Below are positions 28,253 to 34,863 of a stretch of DNA of 64,000 bases, one piece after another. Below the pieces are notes generated by a model, which was given only the letters and a program-made list of their open reading frames with translations, was not told where the DNA came from and did no database searches. The position numbers and the translations under genes are program-made. The DNA lies in assembly GCA_965248265.1 (NCBI GenBank), contig CBDFJF010000001.1, positions 1 through 64,000 on the forward strand. Direction: 5' to 3'. Each line of letters begins with the position of its first letter. Positions within the stretch are counted from its first letter, which is position 1. The stretch comes from Candidatus Latescibacterota bacterium. GTDB lineage: Bacteria > Latescibacterota > UBA2968 > UBA8231.

Positions 28253-28542
28253 CAGCCGTGTGTTCCGCCAAGAAGCCCGTACAACCAGACTAAGACTCCT
28301 AATGCGAGCATGGCTGCCGGCCAGAGCAGGTTCGATCTCTCGCTTGCGAGCTCTCGGAATGTGGCATTCGTAAAGAAGAGGAAGCCGCTTATCGCGATCA
28401 CAAATCCAGGGATGACGAAAAGAGACATGGCCCAGATGCTAAGGAGCAGCTCTCCAATCCCAACTGGCTCGTATCTCAAGAAATGACCTACACCGAGTAC
28501 GAGAAGGACCGAGGCGATGCATGCAATCGCTGCAAGTTTCAT
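28252..28542 (-). CDS. Antisense small 3-TM protein (moron)
   Basis: Highly hydrophobic 96 aa ORF between sites B and C. Confidence 0.6.
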   Translation of the reverse strand: MKLAAIACIASVLLVLGVGHFLRYEPVGIGELLLSIWAMSLFVIPGFVIAISGFLFFTNATFRELASERSNLLWPAAMLALGVLVWLYGLLGGTHG

Positions 28543-28591
28543 GGATTACCTTAGCGCAGAGCTTAGATCGATTGTGGATTGGACACCATAG

Positions 28592-28619
28592 ACCAACGAT
28601 AATGCCATTTAAAGGGAGT
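28592..28619 (+). repeat. dif-like junction site C: ACCAACGATAA TGCCAT TTAAAGGGAGT
   Basis: Followed by CAACGG-ATG (28626). Confidence 0.72.
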
Positions 28620-28625
28620 CAACGG

Positions 28626-28883
28626 ATGTACCTCGAAAGCACGGAAATCAGCGGAGAATTGTCGGTTGAGGAGTACCGCAACCAGATGGTGACAGCGCTT
28701 GAGCGTGATGTGCGGAGCATTGCCTACGCCATCACGGAAATACGCGACCTGTTCAAGTGCCCCGAATGCGACGGCGCCGGAGGAGCGCGTATCACAGAAG
28801 AGCCGTCTGAGGACAACGACTTCGAGGGCTGGAGGTTCAAGGGTTGCGCCCGCTGTGACCGCAAGGGGATTGTCCGCCCATGA
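28626..28883 (+). CDS. Small protein with DnaJ-like CxxCxGxG Zn finger
   Basis: CPECDGAG...CARCDRKG; GGAG RBS inside site C. Confidence 0.6.
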   Translation: MYLESTEISGELSVEEYRNQMVTALERDVRSIAYAITEIRDLFKCPECDGAGGARITEEPSEDNDFEGWRFKGCARCDRKGIVRP

Positions 28884-29347
28884 ACCGACAGAATGTGACC
28901 TGTGGCCCGCTTTACCGGCGTGTCCGCGAACTCTTCACCGGTGACGCCCCCGAACTCAATCGCGCCTTCGCGCAGGGATTCACGGCCGGCGAGGCTGAGA
29001 AAGTCTATCTCGGCGCCTGCAAGGCTGCCATGTTCCGCCCGACATCGTCGATTGGCCGCGAGCTGCTACGCTCCTGGGTATCAGACATTTGCGGCGTGTA
29101 CGGGCTTTGCTGGACCACACTGGAGTATGTGGACCCGAGTCGTGATGGCGAGGCGGTATACGAGTTGTGGATCTGTCGGGACAACGATGCCGTCGATGCC
29201 GTCGAGTCAACAACCGCCATCGAAGTCAACAGTCTCTCCTGGCATCACTGGCGGGGGCTGCTGACAGGTGTGGCTGATGGCGAAATCGACCTCCACTTCC
29301 ACGAGCGCCAGAGCGCTGGAGACATCGACGGAACATTGGCGGACTAA
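28880..29347 (+). CDS. Hypothetical phage protein, paralog of 26269..26712
   Basis: Shared motifs; stop codon lies in site D left arm. Confidence 0.75.
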   Translation: MNRQNVTCGPLYRRVRELFTGDAPELNRAFAQGFTAGEAEKVYLGACKAAMFRPTSSIGRELLRSWVSDICGVYGLCWTTLEYVDPSRDGEAVYELWICRDNDAVDAVESTTAIEVNSLSWHHWRGLLTGVADGEIDLHFHERQSAGDIDGTLAD

Positions 29348-29370
29348 CGATAAGAAACCTACTGAGGAGT
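29343..29370 (+). repeat. dif-like junction site D: ACTAACGATAA GAAACC TACTGAGGAGT
   Basis: Followed by CAACGG-ATG (29377), same spacing as site C. Confidence 0.7.
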
Positions 29371-29376
29371 CAACGG

Positions 29377-29763
29377 ATGGGCGACGAATGGGAGAGAGCG
29401 AAGCCAACCGGGTGCCCTTTTCTGCGGTATCTCGACGCATACCCGATAGGCAACTGGGTTTCAAGGGGTGAGCCTCCATGCAGACAGAAGATTTGCGGGA
29501 AGGATAGTTGCTACCAGTACGGGCGCTCCTACAGAGACCGAGAGCGACTTCTGGTTCTCCCAGTTGGGACGCTGATGTTCAAGCTCTCTCCAGAGCTGGG
29601 TGACGGACAAAGCAGCTCGATTGTGAAGAACATCGATCACGCCATCGAGGCGGTACGTGCGTGGATGGAGGACAGGAAGCACGGCGATGACATCGGCGAA
29701 GAATGCCAAATCGAGTGCGTGGAGATGACGGAAGCCGAGATTGCGGCTCTGCCTGAGCTATGA
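29377..29763 (+). CDS. Hypothetical phage protein
   Basis: C-terminal EMT.AEI.ALPE motif; RBS from site D. Confidence 0.55.
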   Translation: MGDEWERAKPTGCPFLRYLDAYPIGNWVSRGEPPCRQKICGKDSCYQYGRSYRDRERLLVLPVGTLMFKLSPELGDGQSSSIVKNIDHAIEAVRAWMEDRKHGDDIGEECQIECVEMTEAEIAALPEL

Positions 29764-30041
29764 GAATCCGCCCGCTCTTTGCCTGGTACGACATCTGGAT
29801 CGGAGCGTTCTGGGACAGGTCCAACCAGCGGCTCTACCTGTTCCCGTTGCCCATGATTGGGCTGAGGATTGATTTCAGAGGGGAGTCAACGATCATGGAG
29901 GACAACTGGGAAACGACGTGCCCAAACCGCGATGACGGTCAGCACTGCAACTGCTGGTATGATGGCGAGCCGTGCTGTGCCTGTGGCGATGACTGCGAAG
30001 AAGACAGGCAAGACGAAAATTGCTTTGCGGACGCACGATAA
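29760..30041 (+). CDS. Hypothetical protein (apparent fusion of two mini-ORFs)
   Basis: [17 protein letters not shown] part, then internal GGAG-ATG (29895) Cys-rich part; stop is TAA of site E. Confidence 0.55.
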   Translation: MRIRPLFAWYDIWIGAFWDRSNQRLYLFPLPMIGLRIDFRGESTIMEDNWETTCPNRDDGQHCNCWYDGEPCCACGDDCEEDRQDENCFADAR

Positions 30042-30058
30042 TTCCGATTACTGGGAGT
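30031..30058 (+). repeat. dif-like junction site E: ACGCACGATAA TTCCGA TTACTGGGAGT
   Basis: Same layout, followed by CAA. Confidence 0.72.
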
Positions 30059-30075
30059 CAATCGAACGAGAGGAC

Positions 30076-30282
30076 ATGAAATCTTGCTACCTCCATTTCA
30101 GGGGGACGGCACAGCCCCCACTTGAGATCAGCGCGACGGACGCTGCCACGATCATCAGATGCAACTATGCCTCGGTGGAAGCCGTTGAGCTGATGGAGGA
30201 GCGGCTTCGCGAAGGCAAGCGAGTGTATGTCGAGAGCGGGCACATCCGCCTGCATAGCTTCACACTCATTCACAGCAATTGA
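30076..30282 (+). CDS. Hypothetical phage protein
   Basis: GAGGA RBS, MKSCYLHF... Confidence 0.5.
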   Translation: MKSCYLHFRGTAQPPLEISATDAATIIRCNYASVEAVELMEERLREGKRVYVESGHIRLHSFTLIHSN

Positions 30283-30291
30283 GGAGATCCT

Positions 30292-30489
30292 ATGAGCGGG
30301 AATAGCAAGGAGCGGCGCAGGCTCAATCGCCTGACGAACGGGCTTCTTCCGAGACTCAATGAGTTGGAGGAGGAGGTGGAGTATCTACGGGAGGACACAG
30401 CGTATCTCGAAAGGGGTATTCACCAGTTCTCAGCTGGGGGTTGGTCTGTATTTTGGCGATGGCTCTGGAGTGGCTTCTCCTGGAAGTGA
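30292..30489 (+). CDS. Small coiled-coil protein
   Basis: GAGGAG RBS; coupled to next gene. Confidence 0.55.
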   Translation: MSGNSKERRRLNRLTNGLLPRLNELEEEVEYLREDTAYLERGIHQFSAGGWSVFWRWLWSGFSWK

Positions 30490-31271
30490 GCTGCGCGAGT
30501 TGTGGCGATCGAGGTTTCGTGTATGTCCAGGCTGATGAGCGAGTGGGACAAGGCCACGGCCAATTGGAGATCTGCCGGTGTGTTCGTCCTTTGTGCCGTT
30601 GCGGAGACCAGTCTCCCTACCTCTACTGGGATGAGGAGTCCGTGCGCCGCGACTGCCCCTGTAGAGCGCCTCGGCACCGGATACAGGTAGTGAACCACCT
30701 GGTCAAGATCTCGGGAGTGCCCGACCGCTATCGCTGGAAGTTCCGCACGGACTTCCTCGACGCCGAGCAGCCAGGACTGGCCGGCAAGATCCGGGCCTCG
30801 ATCGCGAAGCTTGTGGACTCCCAGGAGCCGCCGAAGCAGGGCCTGTTCCTGCATGGCACACCAGGCACCGGCAAGACGCTGTTGGCCAGCATCGTGCTCA
30901 ATGAGCTGATGTACTGGAGGATGAAGCGGGGTCGGTTCGTGAACCTGGCTCGATCGCTGTTTCCTCGACTTCGGCAGACAATGTCAGAGGGGTCTCAGGA
31001 GAGCGGGAAGCTCTTCCAGATCCAGGAGCGGTTGGCCACAGTCCCCTACCTGGTGATCGACGATCTGGGGGTGCAGCGCGGGACCGAGTGGGAGGAGGAG
31101 ATCCTGTACGACCTGGTCGATGCGCGGTATGCGGAGCAGCAATTCACGGTAGTTACGACGAACACGCCTCTCGATGAGATCGAAGGGATCTCGCGAGGGC
31201 GGATCTACTCACGGCTCAAGGAGATGTGCCGATGGTTGAAATTGGAAGGGACGGACTGGAGATGCGAATAG
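30486..31271 (+). CDS. DnaC/IstB-like AAA ATPase (helicase loader-like)
   Basis: Cys-rich N-terminus, GTPGTGKT, LVIDDLG, VTTN, RIYSRL.EM. Confidence 0.85.
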   Translation: MSCASCGDRGFVYVQADERVGQGHGQLEICRCVRPLCRCGDQSPYLYWDEESVRRDCPCRAPRHRIQVVNHLVKISGVPDRYRWKFRTDFLDAEQPGLAGKIRASIAKLVDSQEPPKQGLFLHGTPGTGKTLLASIVLNELMYWRMKRGRFVNLARSLFPRLRQTMSEGSQESGKLFQIQERLATVPYLVIDDLGVQRGTEWEEEILYDLVDARYAEQQFTVVTTNTPLDEIEGISRGRIYSRLKEMCRWLKLEGTDWRCE

Positions 31272-31504
31272 CAGAACCGTCCGATCGGGGCCGTGTGGTA
31301 GCGGTCGTAATCCCCCGCTACCTCGAAGCATGGGCACTTTTGAATCCGTTGTCGAGCATGAAGACATGGACGATAACATGCGGTAGGTGTTCCCACTCTT
31401 GGCGAGAAAAAGTCCCGCTTGTCAGGGTCTGTTCGGCTGTGTGCCCGTGCTGCAGGACGCAGAACCGATGGGAACTTATCCTTGAGGAAGACTCGGAGGC
31501 TTGA
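31262..31504 (+). CDS. Small Zn-ribbon protein
   Basis: CGRC...CPCC. Confidence 0.5.
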   Translation: MRIAEPSDRGRVVAVVIPRYLEAWALLNPLSSMKTWTITCGRCSHSWREKVPLVRVCSAVCPCCRTQNRWELILEEDSEA

Positions 31505-33158
31505 TCTCTTGCTGAGTGAGTCCTTCGAAGTACTCTGCACTGTTATCAGACTCGTCTACTATCATCACGTTCACCTCGGCCCTATCTGGCGAGACGATCA
31601 GGTAAGCCTGTCCGTGAGTTACTGGATCTGCCGCCCCGGTCTGTTTGGTACAGACACACTCCTGAGCGCGCCTCTTATTGCTGAGTGGGGCCAGGATGCG
31701 GTAGCAAACTGCTGGCGTCGGCCATGTGGGGAAAAGATTCCAAGCTGCAAATTCATCCGCGTGCAGATTCGCAGACAGACTCGCCCAAGTCCCAAAAGGT
31801 TCGGGGTGATTAGTGTCGCTGTCCAAGAAACCATCCACATATTTCATGAAAAAACGGTGTCTGCGCGCGGCTTCAGCATCAACTTTCTCGCTAAGCTCCT
31901 TCTGGGATCTCCGCTTTGCGCGAAGGTCTACCATCGTTCCCGCGACATTTTCATGGACGTCTTCTGCGCGCCTGGCTTTGTCCAACCACCCCTGTGCTTG
32001 GTCAAGAAGATCTGCACTGATGAGTGTCTTCGCCAGGTTAGACATTGCCAGCGTATTTCCAGCGTTGGCCGCCTTTTCGTAGTGCCCTATGGCGAGAGAT
32101 TCCAGTCCGATCTTGTCGCAGCAGACACCCAAATTATTGATCGCCAGGTCGTAGTCGGGCCGAAAACTCAAACATTTCGTGTAGTGAAGCCGGCTGACCT
32201 CCGATTGGCCCGCGCGATAATAGGCAAAGGCTGAGGCAAAGCGAATGTCTACATCGTTCGGTGTAATCTCTAGGATCTTCTCAAGAATAAGCGCCTGCGC
32301 TAGATACTCATTCCTCTTGCCATGCAGATCGGCTACTCCTTTGTAGGTGTCGACCCTCGCAGCTGAATCGGTGAACGTCCCTATGGCGTTAGTCAAGTCC
32401 TCTATTGCCTTTTCCTTTTGATCTATCTCCCATTTACTCTTCGCTGCGGCAACGAGAGCTTTTGCGGTTGATTTCTCAGTATCTGCATCGAGTGCAGCTT
32501 GATCAAAAGCACGGACAGCAGCCTCATGATTGCCGGCTTCTCGGTAGCAGGCACCGACCAGAAATTGAGCATTGTGAGGAGGATTCTCACTGGCGGCCAG
32601 CTCCATCAGCCTGTCAAGTGCTGATTTGTCGTCTGCGAAGCGGAACCGGAGGGAGAGATACAGTGCTTCATTTCGGGCTTTTTCTCCAGTATTGGCCTCG
32701 GCGTCTTGTGCCTTGCGATAAGCCTCCTCCCCACTTTCTATGTTCCGCGTGTAAAAGTCCATTTGCATTTCGAGTATCCAGTGATCCGCGCTCTGTGGCC
32801 CCTGGCGCTGCTCCCCTTTGTCCTCCCCCCCCTCCTCTGGATGAGGGGCTTTGGCCAACCCTTCACTTGAATCTTGTACTTCAGTTTCCAGTGCCGCCGA
32901 AGTATCGACGAGATCAGCGGGTGGTGTGGTTCTCGCCTCAATTTCAGTGTCCTTGCGCTTCCACCGCAGCCGAAGATTCGGAAGAGCCTGTTTCACTTCC
33001 TCGCGAAACACGTACAATATGAGGACCACCGCAGGAATCCCGAGTAGGATGAGCAAGGCTGGCGCCGCATCCTTCAGCATTACCCCAATTGCCTCTACCA
33101 TCTCCTTATCCATCAGTCGGTTCTCCCTGGATTTGGCCCCAAAGCATTGCCTTTCCAC
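31476..33158 (-). CDS. Membrane-anchored TPR-repeat protein (moron)
   Basis: N-terminal TM helix; TPR-like repeats (AINNLG, AMSNLA); antisense at prophage end. Confidence 0.75.
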   Translation of the reverse strand: MERQCFGAKSRENRLMDKEMVEAIGVMLKDAAPALLILLGIPAVVLILYVFREEVKQALPNLRLRWKRKDTEIEARTTPPADLVDTSAALETEVQDSSEGLAKAPHPEEGGEDKGEQRQGPQSADHWILEMQMDFYTRNIESGEEAYRKAQDAEANTGEKARNEALYLSLRFRFADDKSALDRLMELAASENPPHNAQFLVGACYREAGNHEAAVRAFDQAALDADTEKSTAKALVAAAKSKWEIDQKEKAIEDLTNAIGTFTDSAARVDTYKGVADLHGKRNEYLAQALILEKILEITPNDVDIRFASAFAYYRAGQSEVSRLHYTKCLSFRPDYDLAINNLGVCCDKIGLESLAIGHYEKAANAGNTLAMSNLAKTLISADLLDQAQGWLDKARRAEDVHENVAGTMVDLRAKRRSQKELSEKVDAEAARRHRFFMKYVDGFLDSDTNHPEPFGTWASLSANLHADEFAAWNLFPTWPTPAVCYRILAPLSNKRRAQECVCTKQTGAADPVTHGQAYLIVSPDRAEVNVMIVDESDNSAEYFEGLTQQEIKPPSLPQG

Positions 33159-33279
33159 ATCGCAGGGTCAAGCCCAGGATCTTCACGAAGGCGCTGCAAA
33201 ATCTGCACCCATCTAATCAGATCCACCCGAATAGCATTCGGCACAGCCGAATGTAAACCCCCGAAATCGGTGTTTTAGA

Positions 33280-33336
33280 AATCGCCGAAAACCCCATTAT
33301 CGCGATTTGCGTCTGAAATTATCGTGAGTAACAACA
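33280..33336 (-). repeat. Candidate prophage right end with repeated binding sites
   Basis: Reads TGTTGTTACTCACGATAAT...AATCGCGATAAT inward; ATTATCGYGA at 33296 and 33318 (22-bp period). Confidence 0.6.
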
Positions 33337-33441
33337 CACGTAGGCCCTCAACGCCACATTTGTAGTTGACGAGTGGGCCTGTTTCAAGCATATTACCAAA
33401 AGTCCAAAAAACTCCAAAAAAACCAACTCTCTCAGGCTGGC

Positions 33442-34050
33442 ATGGATCCCAAACCGGTACTGACCACCGGAGACGTCGCCTCCCACTGCCACGTTTCGCA
33501 GGAGACTGTCGCGAACTGGATCAACAGTGGCCAGCTCAAGGCCTACAAGACCCCTGGGCGTCATCGACGCATCCGGCTTGGCGATTTCGAGGAGTTTCTG
33601 GTCGAACACGGCATGCCCCCCCTGGGCACGTCGCCGAACGCTCCCAACCAGCGGCGGGTCCTCGTCGTCGATGACGACCCCGCTGTGGTCAAGTTGATCG
33701 TGCGCCTTCTGGAAAGAGATGAGCGTTACCAGACGGCAACGGCGGCGGACGGCTTCGAAGCGGGGATCCAGATTGCCAGGTTCAAGCCAGACCTGGTGAT
33801 TCTCGATCTGATGATGCCGCACCTGGATGGCTTCAAGGTCTGTTCCAGTATCAGGTCGGCACCCGAAACCAGCGATCTGGCGGTACTGGTCGTTACCGGA
33901 TACGACGACGACGAAAATTTACAGCGGGCACGTGAGGCGGGTGCCGATTACTGCATGACGAAACCGCTGTCTATGGAAGCCTTATCCAAGAAAGTCGATG
34001 AACTCCTGGAGTCGCGGGTACAAACGACGGTTACATCGACACCGTCATGA
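33442..34050 (+). CDS. Excisionase-type HTH plus receiver response regulator
   Basis: LTTGDVA..C.VS..TV.NWI..G.L...KTPG.HRRI; VLVVDDD, DLVILD, KP. Confidence 0.88.
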   Translation: MDPKPVLTTGDVASHCHVSQETVANWINSGQLKAYKTPGRHRRIRLGDFEEFLVEHGMPPLGTSPNAPNQRRVLVVDDDPAVVKLIVRLLERDERYQTATAADGFEAGIQIARFKPDLVILDLMMPHLDGFKVCSSIRSAPETSDLAVLVVTGYDDDENLQRAREAGADYCMTKPLSMEALSKKVDELLESRVQTTVTSTPS

Positions 34051-34085
34051 CCGCGCACTCGAACCTGGTAGCGGATTGAGAAACC

Positions 34086-34424
34086 ATGGCCCTGGGACTG
34101 CTTTATACCTGCAAGTGCGGACGGCGATACAAGGCCTACGTACCCAAACAGAAGCTCTTCCGTGGACTCACCGGTAAGCATGTCGACTGGAATGTCGTTG
34201 ACGCCACTGACGAAGCGTGTGGCGACATCGATGAGGTGATGACGATGGCCGCAGTCACGGGTGCCGTGTTCGTCGATCTCCGCCACAACGGTGGCAAGGT
34301 GACCTGTGATGTGTGTCAATCAGAAGTGGATCTACTGGCGCACTTCACCGCCGTTCTGACACACCCTCGTGATCTAACGACCTCCTCCACCGCGGCGTTC
34401 AAAGATAGACGACTGCGCGCGTGA
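34086..34424 (+). CDS. Hypothetical Zn-binding protein
   Basis: CKCG...CDVC. Confidence 0.6.
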   Translation: MALGLLYTCKCGRRYKAYVPKQKLFRGLTGKHVDWNVVDATDEACGDIDEVMTMAAVTGAVFVDLRHNGGKVTCDVCQSEVDLLAHFTAVLTHPRDLTTSSTAAFKDRRLRA

Positions 34425-34810
34425 ATCTTATGCGGGAAGCGGCGAAGAAGATTCTAGTAGTAGATGACGATGCCTATGTCCGGGCGCTGGTGATCAAGCT
34501 GCTGCAGAGGAAGGGGTTCGCGGCGCTGCCCGCGGCCGACGCATGGCAGGCTATGGATCTGCTGCAGCAACAGGATGTCGACCTGATCATTCTGGATCTG
34601 CGCATGCCGGGACCCGTCGATGGCGAGCAACTGCTGTTCGCGCTGCGAGACCAGGGCAACGACATTGCCGTCGTCGTGCTCTCTGGATGGGTGGACGATG
34701 AGATCAGCGACAACCCACCCGACTGCGTGCACGCCGTGCTCAAGAAACCGATCGACATTGATACCTTCACCAACACCGTCGAGCAGGTTCTGTCTGAAAC
34801 TAGCGTGTGA
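34421..34810 (+). CDS. Single-domain response regulator
   Basis: ILVVDDD, DLIILD..MP, KKP. Confidence 0.88.
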   Translation: MNLMREAAKKILVVDDDAYVRALVIKLLQRKGFAALPAADAWQAMDLLQQQDVDLIILDLRMPGPVDGEQLLFALRDQGNDIAVVVLSGWVDDEISDNPPDCVHAVLKKPIDIDTFTNTVEQVLSETSV

Positions 34811-34863
34811 ACGAGATCCGCGGTTTCACCTGCATCCCTACGTCCCACGACCTGCCGATTCCC

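Larger units (their letters stand above)
1..33336. mobile_element. Mu-like transposable prophage (left part outside window; siphovirus-type tail)
   Basis: DDE transposase plus MuB-like ATPase, GemA-like gene, Mu gpT-like capsid, DUF935-like portal, gpG-like morphogenesis gene; candidate terminus ending ...ACAACA at 33336; host-type genes follow. Confidence 0.92.

Noticed and set aside
28389-28399. TTATCGCGATC resembling an inverted junction arm
   Set aside because: Inside a coding region with no partner arm at 6-bp spacing.
27438-30058. Junction repeats as CRISPR repeats or integron attC sites
   Set aside because: Spacing is gene-sized and irregular, there are no cas or intI genes, and no long attC hairpin with RYYYAAC...GTTRRRY ends.
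30486-31271. IS21 element
   Set aside because: No IstA or terminal inverted repeats; the gene is coupled within the phage operon.
33442-34050. Excisionase-like HTH as a prophage xis gene
   Set aside because: Fused to a receiver domain (a common host regulator), outside the candidate end, and no integrase present.
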